A stretch of 64,000 nt of DNA from a virus. Its lineage: Duplodnaviria > Heunggongvirae > Uroviricota > Caudoviricetes. This document shows positions 55,181-63,802 of this stretch, in pieces; position 1 is the first letter of the stretch, and every line of letters begins with the position of its first letter. Under the pieces are notes generated by a model that saw nothing but the letters and a program-made list of their open reading frames with translations, was not told where the DNA came from and searched no databases. Where the stretch lies: IMG/VR virus record IMGVR_UViG_3300031413_000001, one strand, 5' to 3'. The translations under genes and the position numbers were made by a program.

Positions 55181-55684
55181 GTGGTTCCCGGTAAGATTCA
55201 TTATACCAATGAGCAAATGAAGGGTGATCTCCATGAGATCATCCGTCAGGTAATCACATCGGGATTTGTTCCCGATGTGATTGTTGGTATCGCTCGTGGT
55301 GGATTGGTTCCGGCAACCATGCTCAGTCACTACTTCAACGCACCACTGGTCTGTCTAAACGTTAGCCTACGGGACAACAAGGTCGACAACGGCCACGACA
55401 GCATGGACACTCTGGCCGATGACATTCGGCATGAAAAGAGGATCCTGCTAGTCGATGATATTTGCGACTCTGGTGCAACCCTGCGTATGATATACGAGAA
55501 GGTCGACACCTGGCGTGCCTTTTCCGAGGACTTTGAGGGCTGGCGCAATCGCGTTCGAACCGCAGTTCTCTGGAACAACACAGCTCAGGATGAGTTCGAA
55601 GCAGATTATGTGGGTCGAGAGATCAGTCGAGCGGACGATGAACGCTGGGTTATCTTTCCCTATGAGGAATGGTGGAAAGCATGA
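55181..55684 (+). CDS. type I phosphoribosyltransferase (Gpt-like)
   Basis: GIARGGLVPA, LLVDDICDSGAT, WVIFPYE. Confidence 0.88.
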   Translation: MVPGKIHYTNEQMKGDLHEIIRQVITSGFVPDVIVGIARGGLVPATMLSHYFNAPLVCLNVSLRDNKVDNGHDSMDTLADDIRHEKRILLVDDICDSGATLRMIYEKVDTWRAFSEDFEGWRNRVRTAVLWNNTAQDEFEADYVGREISRADDERWVIFPYEEWWKA

Positions 55685-56184
55685 GCTTTGATAACAACGT
55701 CACTTGGGCAGTGATTGTTGGTGTGATAGCATTGGTATGGCAGATATTTCTAAAGGATATCGTCGAATCTCGTCGCCGGTATAAACTGATATACCGAACG
55801 TATGTTCAGGAGGCAATGGAAATTGGAGCCAAGATTGAGGATCCTAATTCTAGCCCCTCCGATCTTTTGACCTTATTCGATGAACTTGATAGAATCTCTA
55901 GAAAGCTACGAGATGAATCTTGGGGTCTGCTTTCTATGTGGGGTTTATTTCTGGCTCCCTCGGCATACGCTGATATCAACTGGTGTACGAATACGATTCG
56001 CCACGCAGTACCATCATGGCTTGCACGAAATAGTGGATGCAATATGAATATCAATGGCTTTCAGAATAAGGATTATCAAACAGCCTATCAATTGATTGAC
56101 GATATCATTGTTGTATCAGCATTCAAAGCTCGCTTCATCCTCTCAAAATATCGGTATGAGAGGTACAAGAATGGGAAGTCCTGA
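55681..56184 (+). CDS. AT-rich hypothetical membrane protein
   Basis: N-terminal TM helix; composition differs from flanks. Confidence 0.55.
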   Translation: MSFDNNVTWAVIVGVIALVWQIFLKDIVESRRRYKLIYRTYVQEAMEIGAKIEDPNSSPSDLLTLFDELDRISRKLRDESWGLLSMWGLFLAPSAYADINWCTNTIRHAVPSWLARNSGCNMNINGFQNKDYQTAYQLIDDIIVVSAFKARFILSKYRYERYKNGKS

Positions 56185-56668
56185 GAGATCTCGAGAATGG
56201 CTTCTTCGCAAAAAGTTCAACATGAGTCAAGCAATCTACGACCGACTTTCTGAGGAACAGAACCATGTTTGCTACATCTGCCATGGGCGCGATGACTTCA
56301 GCGAGTTTATGGCAGTAGATCATTGTCATACCAACGGGCATGTTCGAGGACTTCTATGTAGGAATTGTAATCGAGCCCTTGGACAGTTTCAGGATAATGT
56401 AGACTTTCTGGAACGGGCCATAGTATATCTTAAGAAAGATCCCCCGGTACTTGGGGAACCTGAGCCACCAAAACCAGCAAAACCTCACAGAAGTAGGGCG
56501 CGTTGGCGTTGCATAGTAACAACCCCAGATCAGACATTCTCTTCCTATAAAGAAGCAGGAGATCATTTTGGAGTTCATGCTACCACGGTGATGGGTTGGT
56601 GTCTCGAAGGAAAGAGCAAGCGTGCCGGCTTCTCATCAGAAAAGGTATTTGGTGCAGAGCATGAATGA
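56171..56668 (+). mobile_element. endonuclease VII-type homing endonuclease
   Basis: CYIC...AVDHCHTNGHVRGLLCRNCNRALG; C-terminal NUMOD/HTH-like FSSYKEAGDHFGV. Confidence 0.85.
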
Positions 56669-57536
56669 GAAAAAATATCGTTATTCCGAGATCTTCGGAC
56701 AAACTATTCAAGGCGAAGGCCAGTTCACCGGACGGCCAACAGCATGGCTTCGTGTCTGGGGCTGTAACTTTGAGTGCGCGGGCTTTGGTCAGGACACTCC
56801 TGAGGATCCCAGCACTTACGATCTGGACCATCAGAACATTGATCCCAGTGCTTACAAGGCAATGGAAGAACTGCCCGTGTTCCATCGTGGCTGCGACAGT
56901 TCCTACAGCTGGGCAAAGAAGTTCTCCCATCTGGCACATCAGGATACGGCCGCAGATATCTGCACCAACATCGAGGCAGTATTGCCGGGTGGAAAGTTCC
57001 TGCACCCACAAAGCAAGCAGTGGACACACATGGCATTCACTGGTGGTGAGCCAATGATGAGCCAGACGGCCATCGTGGACGTAATGGAGAACTTTGCTCT
57101 CCGGAACAACACTCCCAAGTACATTACCATTGAGACGAACGGAACGCAGAAGCCACGTCCGGCTTTTGAGAACTTGTTTGCCAACCACGATGGTGAATTG
57201 TTTTGGAGTGTGAGTCCCAAGCTCTACTTGAGTGGAGAGATGTGGGACAACGCGATCAAGCCGGAAGTTCTTGCTCACTACCGTGACATCAGTCGCGCTG
57301 GTCAGCTGAAGTTCGTCAGCAACGGCACTGATCGTTCGTGGGACGAGGTTGCGCGAGCAACCGACTTGTTCCGCAAAGCTGGCATCGAGTGGGACGTCTG
57401 GATTATGCCCGTGGGCGCTGATCGTGAGATGCAGGAAAGTCACCAGGCAAAGATCACCGAAATGGCGGTTGAGCGTGGTTATTCAGTAGCAGCAAGGGTC
57501 CACACATGGATCTTTGGAAATGTGATTGGAAAGTAA
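56661..57536 (+). CDS. queE: 7-carboxy-7-deazaguanine synthase (radical SAM)
   Basis: TIQGEG..TG, GCNFEC...CDS, FTGGEP, IETNGT, SVSPK. Confidence 0.92.
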   Translation: MNEKKYRYSEIFGQTIQGEGQFTGRPTAWLRVWGCNFECAGFGQDTPEDPSTYDLDHQNIDPSAYKAMEELPVFHRGCDSSYSWAKKFSHLAHQDTAADICTNIEAVLPGGKFLHPQSKQWTHMAFTGGEPMMSQTAIVDVMENFALRNNTPKYITIETNGTQKPRPAFENLFANHDGELFWSVSPKLYLSGEMWDNAIKPEVLAHYRDISRAGQLKFVSNGTDRSWDEVARATDLFRKAGIEWDVWIMPVGADREMQESHQAKITEMAVERGYSVAARVHTWIFGNVIGK

Positions 57537-57588
57537 ATCCTGCTTTTAAGGGTTTGACATCCAGACTCCAGTAGCGTAGGCTTCTCGT

Positions 57589-57960
57589 ATGTATTTGTCA
57601 GGAATCAGAGAAGCCTACGACTATCCAACGATGGAGGGCTGGTGGGTTATCTATTCCACATATCCTCAGGAAAACTTCAGGAAGTGGATGGAAGACTTTC
57701 CCTATGATTGCTGGTGCAGCACCGTTGAGCTGGGCAAAGATGGACTGGCCCAAGACAAGCGGAGGGATTGGGACTACATTATCCTGATCAAAAATCCTGC
57801 GGCCTACCTGCACTTTCGGTCAACGTGGCAAACTGATCATGAGTACATGGTCTGCCATGAGCCCCACAACATCAACAGTGCCCAATACCATTTCGCGGAA
57901 CACATGCCAAATGGTTGGATGTATGACGACAATCTTCCCATTCACAGTTTTCAAGCATGA
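57589..57960 (+). CDS. FKLxW-motif family protein (divergent)
   Basis: RKWMED...ILIKNPAAYLHFRSTW. Confidence 0.55.
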   Translation: MYLSGIREAYDYPTMEGWWVIYSTYPQENFRKWMEDFPYDCWCSTVELGKDGLAQDKRRDWDYIILIKNPAAYLHFRSTWQTDHEYMVCHEPHNINSAQYHFAEHMPNGWMYDDNLPIHSFQA

Positions 57961-58520
57961 CAGATCGAACCCCGCACAAGAACGAGGCTGCCGTGAAAGT
58001 CATCAATATATTCGGAGGACCGGGCGCTGGTAAGAGTACCACCGCAGCCGGTCTTTTCTATGAAATGAAGAAGCGTAGGATCCAGGTCGAACTCGTAACC
58101 GAGTATGCCAAGGACATGACGTGGGAAAAGCGCCACAACGTACTGAGCGATCAGCTCTACATTCTGGCCAAACAAAACCGCCGCATCCAGCGATTGATTG
58201 GGCAAGTTGAGTGGGTGATCACCGACAGTCCACTTCCAATTGGCCTGGTCTATGCAGAGCCCAACTACTTTCCCACATTTGAGCCCATGGTCATGGAACT
58301 GTGGAACTCCTATGACAACATCAACTTTCTACTAGGTCGGGACTTTGAATACCAGACCGAGGGGCGGAATCAAACTGCCGAGGAAGCAATTGGTGTTGAT
58401 GCTGCGATGATGGCCCTATTGGAGCGCACTCGCATCTCCCACACGAGGATCTATCACAACCCAGAGGTTGATCGCGTTCAACAGATCATCGACCTCATTG
58501 GGGTAAATACCTCAAGTTAA
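57957..58520 (+). CDS. P-loop kinase/ATPase (NadR/AAA_28-like)
   Basis: GGPGAGKST, VTEYAK, ITDSP, EGRNQ. Confidence 0.8.
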   Translation: MTDRTPHKNEAAVKVINIFGGPGAGKSTTAAGLFYEMKKRRIQVELVTEYAKDMTWEKRHNVLSDQLYILAKQNRRIQRLIGQVEWVITDSPLPIGLVYAEPNYFPTFEPMVMELWNSYDNINFLLGRDFEYQTEGRNQTAEEAIGVDAAMMALLERTRISHTRIYHNPEVDRVQQIIDLIGVNTSS

Positions 58521-58533
58521 GTAAGAGGTTAAA

Positions 58534-59400
58534 ATGGCAAAGATCAACAGGCTGATCCCTTTCAGCTGGTGGCCAGCAAACTGGGGATTGACAGGAAGCC
58601 GCCGGGCTAGGGCGCACGCCGAGTATTATCTCGACGGCGAAGACTTGGCTTACCGGCTTCTGGACATTGAGTACCCCGAGCTCTCCGATAAGGAAGAGAC
58701 GTGGGCACAGGAATACCGCACTGACAAGCTCAAGCTGGATTATCGCTATCACAAGATTGGCGAGTTCGACTATGGCTTGGGCTTGATTGAGAACAATCCC
58801 AAACTCACAATCAACGACCGTGCTCGTGAGATTGCCAAGTACCGCCACAGGTTTGGTAAGATCACCAGTGAGGAACTTGAGTACAAGCTGCTAGATCTCT
58901 CCTATGAGGTAAAGGACACCGAAGCCTTCAACCGTGACAAGTTGAAGCTGGATGTTCGCTTTGGAAAGAAGACGCAAGAGCAAGCCGACCGAGAGCTCCT
59001 TGATCTAAAGTATCCCGACAAGGATGTCGTTGAATACAAAAAGGAAGTTCTGCAGCTTGAGCGAAAGCATGGCAAGATCTCCCAGAATGAGCTTGAAAAG
59101 CAAACGGCAACCTTGGACGAAGAGCCTTGGTTCAACTTTCTAGGTGCTGACAAGCGGATCACCGGCGACACTGTTCGTGCCGCTGTTGAGCTGGACTGGA
59201 ATGAATACTTTCCTCCCTATCTGATCTCCCAGGGATGGACTGGCGCCACCGACGATGAGATCGTTGACAAGTGGTTTGAAGCCATGATGCGCGACATGCT
59301 GAACATCGCGGACGATCAGGTGATTGACGATGGAAGCGAAGATCCGCTGCCACTGGCCAGCAAGGTTCAGCGAGACGATGGTCTAACTGAGTACCGCTGA
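58534..59400 (+). CDS. phage protein with four internal helical repeats
   Basis: Repeated L.l...(fg)K(I/K)s..E...(LLD) units; C-terminal ELDWNEYF. Confidence 0.7.
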   Translation: MAKINRLIPFSWWPANWGLTGSRRARAHAEYYLDGEDLAYRLLDIEYPELSDKEETWAQEYRTDKLKLDYRYHKIGEFDYGLGLIENNPKLTINDRAREIAKYRHRFGKITSEELEYKLLDLSYEVKDTEAFNRDKLKLDVRFGKKTQEQADRELLDLKYPDKDVVEYKKEVLQLERKHGKISQNELEKQTATLDEEPWFNFLGADKRITGDTVRAAVELDWNEYFPPYLISQGWTGATDDEIVDKWFEAMMRDMLNIADDQVIDDGSEDPLPLASKVQRDDGLTEYR

Positions 59401-59657
59401 TGTTTTCCTGTTCCTACAAAAAGGTCATAGATCCCGCAGATTTGGAACCTGTTTTGATGATGGTGACCACTAGCCAGCGACGTCTTAGAAAGTCTCTTAG
59501 AAAGATGGTCAACTTCACAGTTCGCAGGGTAGAGGCCAGACCATGGTTTGGCATTCCTATGACTTACATGGTGATCCATTGCGCTGACCAAGCGGACTAC
59601 GATGTAATACTAAAATGGTTCCCCTTCCAACGGATTTCGATGACCGAACCCAAGTAA
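59400..59657 (+). CDS. hypothetical protein, possibly a divergent FKLxW member
   Basis: VIHCADQADYDVILKW. Confidence 0.45.
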   Translation: MFSCSYKKVIDPADLEPVLMMVTTSQRRLRKSLRKMVNFTVRRVEARPWFGIPMTYMVIHCADQADYDVILKWFPFQRISMTEPK

Positions 59658-59713
59658 GAATAATGACATAAAGAGCTCCTGAGTGTTACTTTATGTGATA
59701 CTCAGGAGTTTCT

Positions 59714-60763
59714 ATGACTGCAACATACGTCCTTGTTGATTCACACAATCTGTTTCACCGAGCAAAGCACGTGACGCAGGGTGATGCGGCCACCAAGGCC
59801 GGTATGGCTCTGCACATCTGCTTTAACAGCTTGAAGAAGCTATGGCGAGAGTTTGGCGCAACCCACATCGTGGTTGCCACGGAGGGCCGAAGCTGGCGCC
59901 GTGAGGTTTATGCCGACTACAAGGCACACCGCCGAGTCGCCGAAGCCATTAAGACAAAAAGCGAGCGCGAGGAAGACGAGCTCTACTTTGACACCATGAA
60001 GCTCTTTATCGAGTTTCTGGAAAAGCGCACCAACGTCACGGTTCTTCACAGCAAGGGCTGTGAGGCGGATGACTTGATCGCCCGCTGGATCCAACTCCAC
60101 CCCGACGACAACCACATTATCTTCTCCGGCGACAGCGATTTCTATCAGTTGCTGGCCGACAATGTGAAGATTTACGATGGCGTCAAAGGCTGGACGATCA
60201 CCAAGGACGAGGTCCTAGATGAGAATGGAAAGCCAGCAACACGCGAGCGCACGGTTACCGAGAAGGTAATTGGCAAGAGCGGAAAGGTCCGCGAGGTAAA
60301 GTCCAAGGTGGTTGAATCCATCATTCCACCGGATCCCGAATATGAACTCTTCAAGAAGATTGTTCGCGGTGACTCCTCGGACAATATCATGAGTGCAAAG
60401 CCAGGCGTTCGGGAAAATGGCAGCGCCAAGAAGCCAGGTATTCGCGAAGCATACAATGACCGGGTTGGTCGTGGTTATGACTGGACAGTGTTCATGCAAG
60501 AGGAGTGGGAAGACCACGAAGGCAACATGATCAAGGTTCAGGATGCCTACAAGCAAAACCAAAAGCTGATTGATCTCACACAACAACCCGAAGAGATCAT
60601 CGAGCTCATGGATGCAGTAATCATGGCCGCTGTACAGAATCCACGTAAGAGTCAGGTTGGCATTTACTTTCTGCGCTTTTGTGAGGAAATGGCTTTGGCA
60701 AACATTGCCAAAAATCCCAACGACTATGCAGCGTTCCTTCAGGCGCCCTATAGTCAGGCATAA
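59714..60763 (+). CDS. RNase H / 5'-3' exonuclease (T4 Rnh/FEN-like)
   Basis: LVDSHNL, SWRR..Y..YK, EADDLIA, SGDSDFYQL, GDSSDNI. Confidence 0.9.
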   Translation: MTATYVLVDSHNLFHRAKHVTQGDAATKAGMALHICFNSLKKLWREFGATHIVVATEGRSWRREVYADYKAHRRVAEAIKTKSEREEDELYFDTMKLFIEFLEKRTNVTVLHSKGCEADDLIARWIQLHPDDNHIIFSGDSDFYQLLADNVKIYDGVKGWTITKDEVLDENGKPATRERTVTEKVIGKSGKVREVKSKVVESIIPPDPEYELFKKIVRGDSSDNIMSAKPGVRENGSAKKPGIREAYNDRVGRGYDWTVFMQEEWEDHEGNMIKVQDAYKQNQKLIDLTQQPEEIIELMDAVIMAAVQNPRKSQVGIYFLRFCEEMALANIAKNPNDYAAFLQAPYSQA

Positions 60764-60856
60764 TTGGTAACTGGCTTTGGTGAGGGTTTGCACCAACAAA
60801 AGGTGTTGACCCTCACAGCCGTAGAAGTAATACAACGATCGGTAGGAGAAGTTTGC

Positions 60857-61435
60857 GTGCCCATTGAAAGAGAGTTTAAGTTCATTCTCCACTCTCCCGA
60901 AAAGGTCTTGGAAAAGGTACTCAGGGATGCCAGTTGCACTGGTAACGCTGATATCAATCAGGGCTATCTAAGTAAGGGAGGTCGTGTTCGGAGCCGGAAG
61001 TGGTGGATGAAGGGTGGGCAGATCTTCTATGATTCGCCTGCGCTTGCGAAGATTGAATACATCTTCACCTACAAGCATGATCTTTCAAGCCAGCCTGGTG
61101 TGCTGGAGATTGAAACCGAGCTCAGCGAAGATGACTTCAAGCTGGCTTGGGCGGATGCCGATCACAAGATCGTCAAGGCGCGATACCTTCTGACTGGCGA
61201 GGGAAAGCAAGTCTGGGAACTAGACTTTTTCCGAGACAGTCAGGGAAACTACCTTGCACTAGCGGAACTTGAGGTGCCGGCCGATTCCGGTCCTCCCGAT
61301 CGACTTCATCCGCTGGTCGAAGAGTTTTTGCTCTACACTGTACCAGAAGGTGATAGTCGGTTTGCCAATCGCAGACTTTGTACCCGTGAGAAGGTAGAAG
61401 TATTGCTCCAGGAGATCGCCCAACAAAATGGCTAA
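60857..61435 (+). CDS. CYTH-domain triphosphatase
   Basis: IEREFKF (ExExK), INQGYL, K.RY, WELDFF, LAELE; GTG start after AGGAG. Confidence 0.8.
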   Translation: MPIEREFKFILHSPEKVLEKVLRDASCTGNADINQGYLSKGGRVRSRKWWMKGGQIFYDSPALAKIEYIFTYKHDLSSQPGVLEIETELSEDDFKLAWADADHKIVKARYLLTGEGKQVWELDFFRDSQGNYLALAELEVPADSGPPDRLHPLVEEFLLYTVPEGDSRFANRRLCTREKVEVLLQEIAQQNG

Positions 61436-61856
61436 ACCACGTTTGAATCTACGTCGCTATCACAACAAGATCTATTTTCCAGAATCAACAGCCATGATGT
61501 GCTTGGAGTTTTTCGGACAGATCAAGGACGTGGACGTCACATACCATGCAGCAGAACAGCTCATGGAAGACCGTAGGGGTATCATCCCGCTGCCAAGCAG
61601 GGAAGAACTACTCCATAACAGCAACACCCTTGTGGAGTTCTACGAGGTCTTGGATGACTACAATGCCCCACAGGGTACCATCCAAAAGATGCTGATTCGT
61701 GTCCACAATCTCTCGGAGACCTATGATTACTCCTACGTTCTAGCCCGTGAGGGTTACATCGTGAGTGCATGGGCCAATGACAAAACGGACGATCATCGTC
61801 TGGACAGTCGTGCATCGCGGGACTATTATCGTCCTCGTGAAATGGCGGACGCCTAA
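61428..61856 (+). CDS. hypothetical phage protein
   Basis: Coupled ORF; WANDKTDDH motif. Confidence 0.65.
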   Translation: MAKPRLNLRRYHNKIYFPESTAMMCLEFFGQIKDVDVTYHAAEQLMEDRRGIIPLPSREELLHNSNTLVEFYEVLDDYNAPQGTIQKMLIRVHNLSETYDYSYVLAREGYIVSAWANDKTDDHRLDSRASRDYYRPREMADA

Positions 61857-62188
61857 TGAGTGATCAGCCGGTAAGAGACGCGCAGGCAAAGGTCATGATG
61901 GACCTGAAGGTTCTGATGCTGCTCAACGAGGAAGCCATCAGGAGCGCACCGTTGGTCGAAGAGGCCAACTTTGACAACCTGATGTTCTTGATCAACAAGG
62001 GACTGGAGCGAAACAACCGCGTTCCCGTGGACAAGACGGGACGGTGGATTGGCTTCGTACAATGCGCGCTGATCATTCGCCGCATTCTAGATACCAAAAC
62101 GGAACGTGAGCAGACTCGCGCATTGTTCCACGCGGCATACCTGGCCACCGGTCAGGAAATCCCCGAGACCATCAACATCGACGACTGA
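61856..62188 (+). CDS. hypothetical phage protein
   Basis: TAATG coupling; DKTGRWIGFVQ. Confidence 0.65.
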   Translation: MSDQPVRDAQAKVMMDLKVLMLLNEEAIRSAPLVEEANFDNLMFLINKGLERNNRVPVDKTGRWIGFVQCALIIRRILDTKTEREQTRALFHAAYLATGQEIPETINIDD

Positions 62189-62247
62189 GTTTATTGCACT
62201 CTGGTAAGTTACTCTGTTAAAACGGAGTAACTAACCGGAGGTCGCAA

Positions 62248-62715
62248 ATGAGCAAGATGCTCCAACTAACCAGTAATAGCTGGTTGATTCGTTCAGCGTC
62301 AGGTACGTCGGGCGTTCTATTCAATACTGACGAGGGCTACCTCTTCATGAGCCCCACAAGCCGTATCGAGTTTGATGACTTGGATGCGGTAAAGAAAAAG
62401 TTCGGAAAGCTGGACATTGAGCACCGGCAGGACGAAGATGAAGTCAGTCAGATCCATGGCTATCCTGTAAAGCACGAGCACATCGTGATCACCAGCGAGA
62501 GCCCTCCCCTGTACACCACGGGTGGCAAGGTACAATTCTCAGCTGGCTACTGGGGGCTGAAGTTTCCCAACGGCTGGAAGGTTGCCTTTTGCCCCAAGCA
62601 AAAGACCACCACAGAGTACGAAAGCGTGGGTCCATTCCGTAACAAGATGGAACTTCAAAATCACATCAGTGCCCTTGTGACCGCTGAGAACCTGAGGGCG
62701 AGTACCGGCCAGTGA
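62248..62715 (+). CDS. hypothetical phage protein
   Basis: GGAGG RBS. Confidence 0.7.
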   Translation: MSKMLQLTSNSWLIRSASGTSGVLFNTDEGYLFMSPTSRIEFDDLDAVKKKFGKLDIEHRQDEDEVSQIHGYPVKHEHIVITSESPPLYTTGGKVQFSAGYWGLKFPNGWKVAFCPKQKTTTEYESVGPFRNKMELQNHISALVTAENLRASTGQ

Positions 62716-62930
62716 GCAATGAAACAGTCAAGCGGTTTATTGAAAAGGTGCGTCACACCGCTCGCACCCAGAGCAAGCAGGTGGCGCTTCCAATGGATGA
62801 TGCCCAGGATCTTGCCAACAACATGGCTTTGCTTCTCTTGCGGGAAAACGAACTCCTGCAGGAGATCAGCGAACTAAAGAGCGCCGGGGCGATCACTGAG
62901 GTGATCATCGGCGGAGGTGGTTTCAAGTGA
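62712..62930 (+). CDS. hypothetical phage protein
   Basis: GTGA coupling; GGGF C-terminus. Confidence 0.65.
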   Translation: MSNETVKRFIEKVRHTARTQSKQVALPMDDAQDLANNMALLLLRENELLQEISELKSAGAITEVIIGGGGFK

Positions 62931-63802
62931 AGATAGACTTCTGCTCCGACCTACACGTTGATGCGTGGCATCACACCACAAAGCTCTACGATCCCACGCG
63001 AAAGCGGTGGCTGGGTGAGCCCTTTCAAAGCACCTTTGTGGACATTGACTGGGAGCAATACAAGAACCCAGACAGCGAGATTCTGATCATCGCCGGAGAC
63101 ATCTCCAACGATATGATGAGCAGTACCAATGTCGTAGAGTGTGCGAGCCTAGTCTATGACTATGTGGTAGTCGTTGATGGAAATCACGACCATTACAACA
63201 ATGACGTGCCGGTTGAAGAAGCAATGGAGTTGTTCAAGCAGAACATCAGCCGCTTTACCAACGTCTACTATCTTGATGGTCAGCATAGCTTGACCCTGGA
63301 GGGAATTCGCTTCCTGGGAGTCACGGGTTGGTACGACTGGAAGGCTTATGAGACACAGGGCATCAGCGACTTCACGGCCAAGCGTACCTGGGGTCAGTAC
63401 AGCAATGACAGCCGTTACCCAACATTCGTCTGCGATGGTCCCAACAGTCTCGCGATGCAGCAGGCTGTCAATCTCGCAGATCAGGTTCGCCTCGCAAACG
63501 AAGACGATACCGTTGACAATGTGGTTATCACTACCCACATGAGCCCCCGAGCGGATCTAATGGAGTGGAAGCCCAATGATCCCGTGTGGAATGCTCTGAC
63601 TCCCAGCTATGTGAATACCGCGATGGATATGGTCCTTCGCGAGAATACCAATGGGAAGATTGGTCACTGGATCTACGGCCACACTCACGCACGTCAGATG
63701 GTACAAAAGGATGGCATTCTCTACATGAACAATGCTCGCGGCTATCCGCGTGAGAATCCACCCTTTACACTGGTTCAGTTCGAGATCAACTCAACCACCT
63801 AA
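62927..63802 (+). CDS. calcineurin-like metallophosphoesterase
   Basis: SDLH, AGDI, GNHDH, THMSP, GHTH. Confidence 0.92.
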   Translation: MKIDFCSDLHVDAWHHTTKLYDPTRKRWLGEPFQSTFVDIDWEQYKNPDSEILIIAGDISNDMMSSTNVVECASLVYDYVVVVDGNHDHYNNDVPVEEAMELFKQNISRFTNVYYLDGQHSLTLEGIRFLGVTGWYDWKAYETQGISDFTAKRTWGQYSNDSRYPTFVCDGPNSLAMQQAVNLADQVRLANEDDTVDNVVITTHMSPRADLMEWKPNDPVWNALTPSYVNTAMDMVLRENTNGKIGHWIYGHTHARQMVQKDGILYMNNARGYPRENPPFTLVQFEINSTT

